Positions 35,201-48,007 of a stretch of DNA of 64,000 nucleotides are shown here, piece after piece. How positions within the stretch are numbered: position 1 is the stretch's first letter; each line of letters starts with the position of its first letter. Under the pieces are notes generated by a model. That model saw nothing but the letters and a program-made list of their open reading frames with translations, was not told the DNA's origin and did not search any database. Made by a program: the position numbers and the translations under genes. The stretch covers positions 9,424,001-9,488,000 of the forward strand of contig JBHGNT010000015.1 in the NCBI GenBank assembly GCA_043228905.1, written 5' to 3'. Source of the stretch: Azolla caroliniana (Eukaryota > Plantae > Polypodiophyta).

Positions 35201-38200
35201 GGAACTGGAACTGGCCAATATATCAAATTGGACTCAAATGAAGAATAAACATAGGAGCTGGTTACTAGAAACCAAAGACACAGATATCCTCTCAGAGAGA
35301 AAAGGCCCCCCCGGAGATTTCCAGATCCAGAGCATGTACTGCTAAACGATCAGGGGGAGCAGGAAAGCTTTGAAGAAGCTAAGAGAGACACCCACAACCG
35401 CAAGTGGTTGAGTGCCATGCAGGACGAGATGGATTCCCTACATGAGAACCACATATATGAATTGGTGGAGTTGCCGAAAGGAAAGAGGGCACTCCGAAAC
35501 AAGTGGGTGTACAAGCTGAAACTAAGAGATGCCGGCAACCCCCCAAGATACAAAGCAAGGATCGTGGTGAAGGGGTTCCAACAGAAGAAGGGCATGGACT
35601 TCGACGAGATATTGGACCCGATAGTAAAGATGACTTCCATCCGGATGGTGCTGAGCATAGCGGCAAGCATGGACCTCAAGGTAGAGCAGTTAGACGTGAA
35701 GACAACGTTCCTCCACAGCGACCTCGAAGAGGAGATCTACATGCAGCAACCGAAGGGATTTGTGAAGAAAGGGAAGGAGCACTTGGGTTGCCGGTTGAAG
35801 AAGAGCCTCTACGGTTTGAAGCAGGCTCCTCGGCAATGGTTCCAGAAGTTTGACTCCTTCATGACGGATCAAGGATACCACAAGACGCAGGCCGATCACT
35901 ACGTGTTTGTGATGAAGTTTGAAGGTGGAGACTTCCTGATACTCCTCTTGTACGTGGACAACATGTTGATCGTCGGACGAGACCAAGTCAAGATACAAAC
36001 GCTGAAGAAGGATCTGAACCGGATCTTCTCAATGAAAGACTTGGGTCTGACAAGACAGATACTGGGGATGCATATCATTCGGGACTGGTCAAAGAAGCAA
36101 TTGTGGCTGTCACAGGAGAAGTACGTGACAAATGTGCTTCAACGGTTCAACATGTCAGATGCGAAACTGGTCAGATCAACACTCTCGGAAAACTGCAGGT
36201 TATTCAGTAAGCAAAGCCCGAAGATGAAGGCAGAGAAGGAGGATATGATGAAGATACCATATGCCTCTGCCGTCGGGAGCTTAATGTACGCAATGGTGTG
36301 TACCCAATCGGATATTGGATACGTAGTCGGAGTGGTGAGTCGGTTTATGAGCAATCCCGGCAAGGAGCACTGGAATGCGGTAAATGGACACTCTGATACT
36401 TGCAAGGCACCTCAAGTATGTGTCTCCGATTCGGCTCCAGTAAACCCCAACTTGACAGTTTCACTGATTCGGATATGTCGGCTGAAGCGGATACCAGCTG
36501 GTCAACGTCGGGATATATTATGACATATGTAGGGGTAGCTGTTTCGTGGTAGTCGAGGCTGCAGAAGACGGTTGCGTTGTCAACCACAGAGGCGGAGTAC
36601 ATGGCAGCTATGGAAGTCGGCAAGGAAATACTGTGGATGAAGGACCTCATCGGAGAGCTAGGGATTCGGCAAGAGGAATACCAGCTCTACTGCGACAGTC
36701 AAAGTGTCATCCACCTTGCAGAGAACGTTGCCTATCATTCCAGGACAAAGCACATCTAGTGCAGGTAACACTGGATCCGGGAGCAAGTTGAAGATCAAGA
36801 GTTCGTGTTGATGAAGTTCCACACGGAGGAGAACGAGTCGGATATGCTAACCAAAGTGCTGACACCCGACAAGCTAGATGCATGCAAGAAGAGGATCGGA
36901 TTGACGAAGCATCCCATGCCGGAGTGAAGGGGGAGTTTGTTAGGATTTTGGTCCCTTCGGATGGGATATGAGTACCCGGCAACGGAAGAACCGGTGAGAA
37001 CCGGATGATGAGTACCCGACAAGGAAGACCCGGTGAGAACCTCTCACCGGATGAAGGGACATATATGTAAATATGTCTTTGTTAGCCCATTGTGGCTACA
37101 TTTGTAAATAGTGTGTCTCTATTGTAACTACCGTCATGGCCTCTGTGTTCTTCTGTTGTATTCTCCTTACATAGTGATAGTTGGAGTTTGTGGACTCTCG
37201 TGGTTTTTCCCATTTAGGGTTTTCCACGAAAACATACTGTGCACTCTCTTTTCAGTTTTTGTGTATACGTGTATCTATCTCTACATTCCCATTTCTGTGA
37301 TTGTGATTCTCAACTAAGTGATCGAAGACTTGGTTGTGGCCGAGCATTATTGCGCATATTCTTTACAGGCTCTAATATGAAGATTGTCAACTCTAATACG
37401 AGATTGTATGATGAAGGTGGATGAAGTGCGGAGTGTCTTGACCAAGGAGATAGCCGGAACGAAGGTGGCACATGCACGAGACATGAAGGGTTAAGCTCAA
37501 GAAGAGTACAAGGAGACATGTCAACCGGTCATGGCAATGCAAAGAGTGAACGAAGAATATGGTGGATCGGATGGCAACAATGGTTCGGGTGGAAAGAATG
37601 GATGTGCTCAAAATGGAGAGACAAAGTCGACATAGCCAGAGAAACGAAGGATGTTAGGGATGAAGGAAAGTAACAAGTATCGGCAACTTCGGCACATACC
37701 GGAGGATATGCAGGTTCGGAGGGGGCGAGTGTTGTAGTGTATTTTGTACACTGCGTGAAAAACGTACAAAGTACCCGATTTAATAAATATGAAGAAAACG
37801 AAGAAAATATGAGAATACATGTTACATGCATAGGGCAAGATTCAAACCTTGTACCTCCATGTTAATAATTTAAAGGCTTACCATTACACTAACACACCAT
37901 GAGTGTCAAAAAAGTAGATATCCCACACATAAAGGTTATTTCACGCATATTTTCTAGGAAAAAGCTTTAGTTAGAAGAAAAACGCATTATAGAAAAAAAG
38001 CTACACGTACATTTTGCGTGCATAAACACTATAGTCAATAAAAAACGCATGAGGTTAGAAAAAGCATGTTAGAGAAAGCATATAGTCTATAGTTAGAGAA
38101 AAAACATGGATTGCTAAGACTCTCTCATCATTATATAAGGATGTGGAGCACAATGTAATAAAGGGGAGAAAATTATGGATGAAAAATCATTAGGGTTAAA

Positions 38201-38475
38201 AAATAATGATTAATAAAATAAACTATGCTTGTGGGATTCACAAGTTTTCTATATCTTTCTTTTCCAATCTATTCCTATCGATTCCAAAGTATAATTAGGG
38301 TTAAATATTAATAAAACTAAAAAACTATATTCGTGGGATTCACAAATTTCTATCTCTCTTTCTTATAATCTATTTATATTCTTATTAGCCTTAAAACTCA
38401 ACTCCTCTTAGTCCAAAACCCTAGTGGTTCCCACCTGACTCATGCAACGATCCGGTGCCGAAAGGCACGACAACG
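32247..38475 (+). mobile_element. 3' portion of a plus-strand Ty3/gypsy element (G3): non-coding pieces 17049-17060, 32247-32453 and 37368-37729, PPT, and LTR ~37730-38475; interrupted by G2 and C3
   Basis: Pieces join once the TSD-bounded G2 and C3 are removed; PPT GGAGGGGGCGAG precedes TGTTGTAGTG; imperfect inverted end CACGACAAC(G); TATATAAGG near 38132; G1 gag resumes at 38476. Confidence 0.65.
32454..37367 (+). mobile_element. Full-length but degenerate Ty1/copia (C3), same family as C2
   Basis: LTRs 32454-32936 and 36938-37367; TSD GGCTT/GGCTC (4/5); PBS TGGTATTAGAGC at 32940-32951; PPT GAAGGGGGAGTT; gag-pol 32955-36927 closely matches C2 but has many stops. Confidence 0.95.
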
Positions 38476-39365
38476 CTATCACACCATATGCATCTTCTTT
38501 CATAATCTTTTTGTTGCTGTGAGGATTGTTCTTCTTGTAGCTTTGCAACATGTAATGAAAGATCTTTTATACCTTTGATAAGATCGTCCATCATTGTTTC
38601 GGATACCTTGGAAATAGTTGACGGACTCCCAGTATCCTCCTTGATGGTTTTCTTCACTTCAGCTTTCATACCCCCAACAATCAAAAGATCTTCACACCAT
38701 TGGGCTCTTTTGTTGATTCTGTTACATGCTTCATGTACTCGATTCCAATCAAACACTACACTAGTGGATGTTGTCTAGTCTCCAAGGAATGCAACTAATT
38801 TTTCTCGATAGGATCAGTCTGATGCCTTCAAGAATAATATGACCTTCTCCAGTTCCAAAAGAGTCCTTCTGGTCAATGTTAGTTGGTTATAACGAGCTTC
38901 AAATTCTTTCAACAAGTCCATCACTGAAATCTTCTTGTCCTCTTTGTCCACCCAATCCAGGAAACTCCTCCTTGATGCTCGGATTGCATCACCAAGCATG
39001 TATTCATTTAATAAAGCTTGCTCAAATGCAACTTAATCATTAGAACTTGTTGCGAGTTCAAAGACTGTATTTTTTAAAGGGTGTTCAACCATCCTCACAA
39101 AATTCATTTGAACATCAAGTTGCGTTAACCTTTTATTTCCCATCTCAGTAACATATACTTGTAAGAACTTAGATATATTTTTACCTTCAAAGAGACCTAT
39201 TTTCTCAACAAGCTTGTCAATAGAATGATCGATTCATTGAAGAGTAGTTGCACGTTCTTGGCTTTGCATCATTCTTTCAATCATTTGCAGCACCACATTG
39301 ATTTGTGGCTCCACAATGACTTCTTGGTTGATCTGTGGCTCTGGGACTGCTTGTTGGTTCTCCAT
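38476..39365 (-). pseudogene. G1 gag, degenerate and cut within the zinc knuckle
   Basis: FEGKNISKFL, FLDWV..LLKEFEARYNQL..KVILFLKA, DWNRVHEAC, ending at ERRCIWCDS; same strand and AT-rich composition as G1 pol at 15.2-17.0 kb. Confidence 0.8.
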
Positions 39366-39385
39366 CTCTCTTAACTTCCTTGGTT

Positions 39386-40157
39386 TACATCGGGTTCACC
39401 ATCGTGGTGTTGATCTTGGCGTACGAGAGCAAATGAAAAGAAAATCGCAAATTTGGGAAGTAAGCACCGAGCTTCTTGTCAAAGATAGAGGAGAAACGAA
39501 AATCGAATTTGTATTGATATATCAAGATGATTACAATAATCTCTCTTCCCTATACGATTACAATAGTATTTGACATCCACTATTATTCCCCATTGATGAG
39601 TTTATTCACCCCCTTTTTATACATGAGGAGGGTGGGTGCATGAGCGACAAGTGTCACCTATGCATGAGAAAAGTGGGTACATGAGTGCCAAGTGTTACCC
39701 ATGCATGAGGAAAGTGTTACCCTTTTTATACATGAGGAGGGTGGGTGCATGAGTGGCAAGTCTCACCCATGCATGAGAAAAGTGGGTACATGAGTGCCAA
39801 GTGTTACCCTTTTTATACATGAGGAGGGTGGGTGCATGCGTGGCAAGTGTCACCCATGCATGAGAAAAGTGGGTGTACATGGGTGCCAAGTGTTACCCAT
39901 GCACGAGGAAAGTGTATGCATGAGTGCCAAGTGTCACCCATTCATAAGTAGCACCTACATTTGCGGATAATAGCTTTAATAGTTTTAATAGCTTTAATAG
40001 CTTTTTAGCTCTAATAGCTATAGTTATTATAGCTATTATAGCTATAATAGTTATAATAGCTCTTATAGTTCTAATAGTTTTTATAGCTATAATAGTTAAA
40101 TAGTTTTTATAGCTTTACTAGCTTTTATAGCTAAAATACCTAATACTGATAATAACA
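39386..40157 (-). mobile_element. G1 5' LTR (39408-40157) with tRNA-Trp-like PBS; LTR contains tandem repeats
   Basis: TGTTATT...ATCAACA termini; TGGTGAACCCGATG at 39388-39401; CATGAGTGCCAAGTGTTACCC-type repeats at 39610-39940; (AATAGCT/TATAG)-type repeats at 39969-40135. Confidence 0.8.
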
Positions 40158-40329
40158 AGTGTGTTGGTAATAGGTATTTCGTTTTAAAATATTCTACTTG
40201 ATACTATGTTTTTATCGTAGATTCAACTAGCTGTTATCATCCTATGGCGAATGTTCTTATCAAGTTATTAGCTATCGCTTAGCCAAACAACCATTTACAA
40301 ATATTTGCATCAATTCACATGATTTGGTA

Positions 40330-41054
40330 GAGGTTATTTTCTCATCGTGGCACGAAAAGTCACGACAATGTTCCTTTCCAATCCGAAATATTCTTCGGTT
40401 CGGAACCATCGGCTTCCCCTTTGACTTTCTGGAAGTATCGGAAATTCTTTTCGAAATGCCCTGGTTTCCCACAGTAGAAACAGGTGGGTCTCCCCCTTGA
40501 CTTCAACCTCGTCCCCGATTTGTCCTGATTTAGGGGACTCTGATTTCGGCCTCTTCCCCGTTGCGTGTCGGTTTCGGTAACTAGGGTGTTTGAGTTGGAG
40601 ATCACTTCCAACGAGCTTCTTCATCTAGAAAGCTTGATTTAACTCTCGCTAGGCATATGCGTTTCTCATCCAAAGTGACAACTAACGTCTCCCAACTATC
40701 CGGGGGGGGGGGGGGGGGGGGGGGAATTGAGCAACAACAACACGAGCAGCTCGTTGGCTAGAGGTACTTCCAATGAGGTAGTCTGATTTATAAGCCCCTA
40801 GAAGGCATTCATGCTGGAGCCATGCTGGAGCCATCTTGATATCTGAGTCTCACTAACTTCAGAAATACTGAGACTCGATTTACGACATTCTTGTTCTCAA
40901 ACATTATGCCTATCTTCTCCCAGAGCTCGTGAGCTTTCTTCTCCTCATTGAAGTTGTTATACAGACTCATGTCGATGATGCATCTAACGTAGGTTGTCCT
41001 CTTCATGTGCGTCACCTCCCATGTTGATGCATCAATCTTGTCTAGTCTTTTGTG
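40330..41054 (-). pseudogene. Ty1/copia gag fragment (C2-related family)
   Basis: CIIDMSLYNNFNEEKKAHELWEKIG; CFYCGKPGHFEKN; G23 run at 40702-40724. Confidence 0.85.
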
Positions 41055-41125
41055 TTAAGAGTTGGATCTCAAATGTGGAAGAAAGATCAACTCAGAAATA
41101 CACATTACAAAATGTGGAAGAAAGA

Positions 41126-41836
41126 TTTGTTTAACCGGTCCAAGATCTTTCATGGCAAACAATTTGCCTAGAGCTTTCTTCAAGATTCCGATCTTCCTTG
41201 TATCTTGACCGACTATCAACATGTCATCTAGATATAATAAGAGAATCAAGAAATCACCTTCTTCGTACCTTTTGACGAGCGCACAGTGATCAACCTGTGT
41301 TTTCTGGAACCGATGTTACGTCATGAAGGATTCAAACTTCTTGTACCATTGGCGTGGAGCTTGTTTCACACCATACAAGCTTTTCTTCAGTTGACACACT
41401 AGGTTCTCTTTCCCTTCTGCTCAAAGCCTTCAGGTTGCTGCATGTAGATCTCTTCATCTAGCTCCCCGTGCAAGAATGTCGTCTTGACATCCAATAGTTC
41501 GATCTCCAAATTCATGCTCGCAACAACAATGCTCAGAACAATTCGGATGGATGTCATCTTCATGAACGGAGCGAATATTTCGTCAAATTCGACACCCTTT
41601 TTCTGTTGGAAACCCTTCACCACAATGCGAGCTTTATACCTAGGCGCACTGTTGACTTCTCTAGTCTTCACCTTGTAGACCCATTTATTCTTGAGTGCTC
41701 TCTTAGCTTTTGGCAGCTCTACAAGGTCATAGGTATAATTCTCGTGCAAGGAATCCATCTCTTCTTGCATCACATTTAGCCACTTCTCAATATGCTTGTC
41801 GGATGTGGCTTCTGCATAGCACTCTGGATTTCTTCT
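41126..41836 (-). pseudogene. Ty1/copia RT fragment, possibly the upstream part of C1
   Basis: MQEEMDSLHENYTY, RYKARIVVKGF, LDVKTTFLHG, LLYLDDML, MKDLGPVKQI. Confidence 0.88.
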
Positions 41837-44800
41837 GTCAGGTCGTCGTCGTCCATATGCACGCGGAAGTGAAGGACCTTCGAGAAGCTCATAGTTCGTG
41901 GGAGGCCTTCGAAGAGGCGCTCATGCAAGCACATGGAGGACGGCGGAAGAGCCGAGGACGACGCGACTTCGACCAGTGGGTTGCATTGGCGAAGACCCAC
42001 CGGGGCGCAATGAAGGCGTTCTGAGAGTTCGAGCGGCGGCTTGCTCGGCTCCCGGAGCGGGAACAAGTTTGGTGGGGGCGGACAAACTCTTGTTGTTCGT
42101 CAGGTCGATCGACCGAGTGGAACGGGAGGCCATCGGGATTGAGCTCGAAGACGAGGACAGAGCGAATGGCCTTACAGAGGACTGGTCAGAGGTCGGAAGG
42201 GTATGCCAATGGCTAGATGACGAGCGGGCCGAGAAGGCTAGGAGGAAGGCGCACGACGACGCGCCATCACAGTGGGAAGAGGCCGAACGGCAATGAGAGT
42301 CAGCAAGGCTCGGTTTCGGGGCCAGGATTGCGGAGGCGTACGCAACTCTCGAGGGGATGCTCGGGGAAGAGGAAAGATTGAGGCCGCGAGCCGAGGCCGA
42401 GGAGACGAACTTGTTCCACAAGGGGGCAGAAGATCGGTACGATGGTACCACGGGAGAGGGTGCCGAACATAACGCCCTTTTGACTTGTGGAGAAAGAACG
42501 GTCGAGGACAAGGCCGAGATACCGATCGCAGAATCGGAGCGTCGGGACCGGCGGTTTCGGGCACGTCAGCCTGGAACTCCGGACATTGGAGAAGCAAGCC
42601 CAGGCAGGGCTTGCGCGATCGGTAACTGGGCGACCACCGACCACAAGGAGCTGGTGGCTACGGACAAGGGCATAAATAGGACAGGCGATTCTACGCGTCC
42701 TCCCACACTTGCTCCCGAGACAATGGCAGTCGGGCCCGAGTGCCCACGTGAGTCCCAAGAGGAGGAAGGTGGCGACGAGAGACCAAGAATCACCGGCAAG
42801 ACAATACGGGGAAGGAACGAACAAGAGCCCTCAGGACCTATTCCGGAGAACTCAGCATTCAGGCCCTTACGCCCATGTGAGACCGAGGAGATGGATGATG
42901 GTGTCAAGGATTCCTGGCACGATGCCAGTGAAGATGGAGGGGAAATGGCTTGCGAGAAGGTCGACAAAGAGACCAAGAAACGACCCGACCGGGAACCGAA
43001 CAACGCGACACTCCGATTCGGTTGGAGCCCGATCTTGTCATGGGTTGTCCGACCGGGGCAAGAATCGGCATGAGGGTGCCGATACGGGAGAGGGTGCGGA
43101 ACAAGCCGTCCTCTTTTACATGGGGAGAAAGACCGACCGGTCGAAGGTCGGGAATCGGGAAAAAGATGATCGGGGCTATGGAACGAGTTCAGCAGGATCG
43201 ACATCGGAGCCGAAACTCTGGACATTGGAGAATCAAGCCTAGGCGGGCTTGATCGATCATAGAACGGATGCTATCCATTGGCACCACTAAAAGGGTCGGT
43301 GGCCCCGGATGAGTCGGCGGGAGTCGTTACGAAATCGGTGTCCCCACATCTTGACCGGAAACTTCGGCAGTTCAGCCGGCATGGCAACATGAGACCGAAA
43401 GAGATGGAAGATGGAGGTAGGAACGCAACAAGGAGAGCGACGATGAGTTCAGGAGAAGTACAAGGGACGGATGCAGAGAACAAGGACCGGTCCTATGGGT
43501 CACCTCACACCGGATCTAGAGATTGCGGCGGTCAGCATCAGATTTGACGTAAGACCAAGATACTGATGGTGGCGGCAGGAGAATGGGACCCAACAATCCA
43601 GAGAATGGCGGACGAACCCAGACGAGAACCAGGCGGAGTGGACTTCCGAATAACCGATCCAGAAGGGAGGAAGAGAGCAGGCCTACAAAGAGGCCGAGAA
43701 CACGGTACATTGGTACCAGGGGGAAGGGTGTGGAGAGAGCCACCCTCTCGACATATGGAGAGAGACGAACCAGAATAAGGGTCTGAGATACGAAGAGCCC
43801 GAGGAGGATCCTTCACACCGGTTCTAGAGACTCCGACGGTCGGCCCAAGAGCCGGCATGAGACCTAGAGTGGTGAACGGTGGCGGCGAGGGGACGAAGGC
43901 AACTGATGGCAGAAAGGGCGGTCTATGGAGATCCTCACACCGATCTGGTGGTCGGCCTGAGTGTCGGCGTGAGTCCTATTGGAGAGATCGGTGGTGGCAG
44001 GTGAACTTGACCAACAGAAGAGGACGACGAAGGCAGAGCAGGCTGCGACCTTACACACACCGGTTCTAGACACTCCAGCGGTCGGCCCAAGAGCCCGCGT
44101 GAGACCTAGAGTGGCAAATGTTGGCGACGGCAAGGCGGGCAACCGAAGGCAGAAAGGGCGGTCTACGGAGATCCTCACACCGATCCGGCGGTCGTCCCGA
44201 CACCGGCGTGAGTCCTATAGGAGAGATTGGTGGCGGCAGGTGAACGTGACCAATAGATCGAACGACGGGAAGTAGAGCAAAAGGAGGTATGAGGCCGGCG
44301 AGACGGCCACGAACCGGATATGGGCCCAACCAGCAGAGTCGGAAAGACAAAGATCGGATGCGCTTGTTACAAGTGTCGATGACCCAACAAACGGAGGCTG
44401 AGGAGGATCCTTCACACCTACCCGAAGATCTCGATTGTTTGGCCAACGTGGCAACGTGAGACCGAGGGTAATGGAAGGTGGCGGCGAGGGGACGAAGGCG
44501 ACGGACGACAAGGAACGGAAACTGAGACGACGCAAAGATCCACGGAAGCTAAGCGGGCCATCACGGGTGTTCCTCGGACGGAGGACACCACGTAACCAAA
44601 GGAATGAGAAGCATGCATGTGGGCGAAAGACGAGCCCACGGGGAAGCACGCATACTACGGGGTTGCAGCGGACGACCTATTGACGGGTCGAACGAGCCTA
44701 CGGAGAGGCAAGCGCGAAGGATGAACCAGAGCCGACAACTCAAACTGGCAACGGCCGACGCGGCAAGTCGGGACGTCTGTCACGGAGGACCGGTTTATCA

Positions 44801-45585
44801 CCGGCCCGAATCTTTCACCTTTCTCCAGACTCGGCACGTACCGGTGGACATGCGGTTTGGTGGGGGCGGATGTCGTGAAGATTCCGGGCCATAGTGAGAA
44901 ACCCGGGGGGGGGGGGGATATCAGAAGAATCGGCGGAGTGCACCATGTGCACTTACCCTTGTAAAAACGTGTGAATAATAGGAGTTAAGTTGGGACAGAG
45001 GATCCCATGTAATAAGGGATTTATCTCACATTGTTACACTCCCTCTCCTTGTTCTATAAAAGGAAGCAGGCGCCCTTTGTGAGGGGGTTGCCCATTTTGA
45101 GTCGTAAAGGGTATACCATTTTGTGCTTTCTTTTCTAGGGTTAGCTACTTTCTTTCTTTATTTTTCCTTTCTTCTTCTTCTCCTTCTCAAGAAGTCGGGC
45201 GAGAGCTATGGCGGAAAAGCTGTTAGGTTAACTCCTCTTCTTCTGTGCGTAGCCGGCTCATGACCACGGTTGCGTCTTTCCCCTTTTATAGGTTTGCTTC
45301 TGCTAGGCCTCCTGTGCAAGACCCCACTCGGCGCGACAGCGGTAAGCTCCCAGACCGGCGGCTTGGCAGCCGACTGCGGTTGTAACCTACCTTGGTCCGG
45401 CTCGGAGCGGGGGTTGTAATCTTCTCTTGTAATATATATATCTATTTGGTTGTGCACTTTTGCATCTCTGATGGTGTCTAGCCTCTGGTACGTGTCCGGA
45501 GTCGATTTCCTGAACTCCCTTTCTCCCTCGTCCGAGACCCCCGTGGTCCCGCCCCTTTCACACACATGCACGTAACAACTCGACA
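41837..45585 (+). mobile_element. Non-autonomous gypsy-type element (G4): gag remnant, ~2.5-kb GC-rich repetitive region, PPT and 3' LTR (44871 to ~45580); no pol
   Basis: Gag-like DFDQWV..EFERRLARL..KLLLFVRSID..LTEDWSEV..C, homologous to G1 gag; ~241-bp tandem at 43818-44270; PPT GGTGGGGGCGGA then TGTCGTG; TATAAAAGG near 45055. Confidence 0.7.
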
Positions 45586-47925
45586 GCGCATTGAGTTGCA
45601 GGACAACCACAGATATCACGAAAACATGCCCAAGGATTGTAATCTCCAAGTTCCGGATGAGTCTGGTTGGCCGAACCGAACTGGTATCCACCATACGAAG
45701 CCAGAATGGGCACGGTTCCGGGAACCTCCATCCACAATTGTTCTGGTTATTTCTTTTCCTTTAATGATAGTCGTTATTGCCGAACTGCTGGTGTCCACTA
45801 TTGCCCCTCCTTCGTCTAGGTTGGAAAGAATACCAGTGTCGGCTCCAAGTTTTGTGGCGTTATCACCGATTTGAGTCCTTCCGTAAATCAAGGGACTAAC
45901 TGTAATAAGCGAACTAGTGGTAGCATGATATGACATTCCTCCTTCCTCTAGGTTGGAAAGAAGGCCAGTGTCGGCTGTGAGTTTTGTGGCGTTATCACCG
46001 ATTTGAGTCCTTCCTTAAATCAAGGGACTAACTGGAATAAGCGGCCTAGTGGTAGCATAATATGACATTCTTGTAACGCTTGCCAGGTCGAGTCATCGTG
46101 CGTGGTCTCTATTGTTGCTTTTGGAGGTTTGCGGCGCCGTCGTAGCTCAAACGTGTTCTGTTCATTTGTCGTCTGTATCTATTAAGTAGCTTGCTTTCGA
46201 ATGACCTCCCGATTTTCCCACTCGCTAGTTTTCCCTTTAGCTCTTGTGGTGACTTGCTGAACGTGGGTCACCTCTACGGTTACCATATTCACCGTCGACT
46301 GCTTTTTGTTGCCCTAAACCCGGGCACTGACTACTATAATGTCCTTCCTTCCGGTAGTAGTAGCAGTAAACCCTCTGGTTATTACTTGATTCTCCTTTCT
46401 CCATCATTCCTAGCTTACTACCGGAATTCATCTGGTTGGTATTCTCCAGCCTCCGTTGCTCTGGTTGTGGAACTGGAACGGTCATTTTTGTATTCATCTC
46501 CCTTCGATATTCTCTGGCCGGTTCCGAACCTTCTTCTCGGCGATTCTTTCCCTTACGTTTTCGCAGCGGTGGTTCTGGTTCCCTTGACGTTCCGGGTACC
46601 GTCTATCCTGATCTGGGTACTCCCGCAGTTCCGGGTATCTTCGGTCATCTCTTTTACGATTATAATCCAGGGACTAGTCATGATCGTAATGCTCCCGATT
46701 GTACTCTCCTCCTCGTTGGTAGTTGCGGTCATCGTCGTAGTCCTCTCTTCTTCTAACATCGTACCGGTCCCTTTGTTCCAGTCAATATCGTTCCTCCCAC
46801 CGGAACCGTCCCTCTTCTGGTTGTTGTTCACTCCAAGGCTCCATGTGTCAAACCGGTGCCAATTGCCGATTGAGCAGGTTGTACTCGCACTGATCCATGG
46901 TATGAGACTGGGAGTGGCACAACATGCATTGTGTCTGCATCATGCATTCTAACGTTGAGTGACCGGGATTGAGGCACGTTGTACATTGGACTGCCTAACG
47001 AAATCGTAAGTTCTCTTCTTTGGGTAGCGCTCTTGTAGAGCTCCCATCACCATATGATTGCTATTCTGGGCCCTATCCATTTCTAGCACCCGGTCGATGA
47101 CTTCATCCATGGTGCTTGTCCGTAAGTCAAATACTATCAGCATTGTTCGTAGCGGTTCCCGGAGTGCGGTCTGGAAGACCGCTTTCGCCTTGTCTTTCAA
47201 GGGTGCCCTTGTCAGTTCGCTGTGCAATGTCTAGAAACGGATCACAAATTGCGAGACTGTCTCATTGGATTCCTGGTAGACCGTATAGACTTGGCCGACT
47301 AGCTCTCTTAGCTCCACCTTTCAGTGAAACAACCGCAAGAATTTATCCTTCAAAGCTTCGAATGTGGCGAAGCTCCCGGCAAGGTTCTTTTGGTGCCACT
47401 TTGCTGCTGGTCCCTTCAATGTCATCCTGAATTTCGCTATCTTGGATTGCTCGACCTCTGCTTCTGTCAACCAATGCGAGACATGGTTCGCTTCCCATGT
47501 CTATAGAAAAGCATAGACGTGCACTTCTGCATCCGGTTCATCTTGGTACTTCGGGTATGGGTATGGCATGGTGTCGTCGGTGAAGCGTAGTACTTGGGGT
47601 GGTGTCAGTGTCTGGTCCTCTTCTTTTTCTGACTTCTGGTTCAATGGTGGCGTTCGTACGTGATTGCTCATTTTCTTGGATTGCTGATCCGATGATGGTG
47701 TTGATGCGCGTTTAGCCATTTCCTCTGATTGTTTTACTTGGTTTGTTTTGTGGTCTGGCGGTGTGGGTAATGTTGTGTCTGCTTCCAGTGTCTGTGTGCG
47801 CTCTGAACCATCTTCCGTCAAATTGTCCGGGGTGTCGTGACTACTTCGATAATGAGTTATGTTGATCATACGATCGTCGACAAGGAGTGTGAATGGTGTG
47901 TCATCGGTGCATGGCTTAGAGCGCA
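45586..47925 (-). pseudogene. Degenerate gag-protease fragment of a G2-related gypsy
   Basis: YPKYQDEPDAEVHVYAF, ALREPLRTML..DLRTSTMDEVIDRVLEM, CYYYRKEGHYSSQC, TIVDGGS, DTSSVRPT; internal 132-bp duplication at 45808-46070. Confidence 0.88.
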
Positions 47926-48007
47926 TAAGAGAGAGAGAGAGAGAGATTATATTATATTATCGTCTTCGGAGATCAAATATGACCTATGAGACCAAAAATA
48001 TTACATT

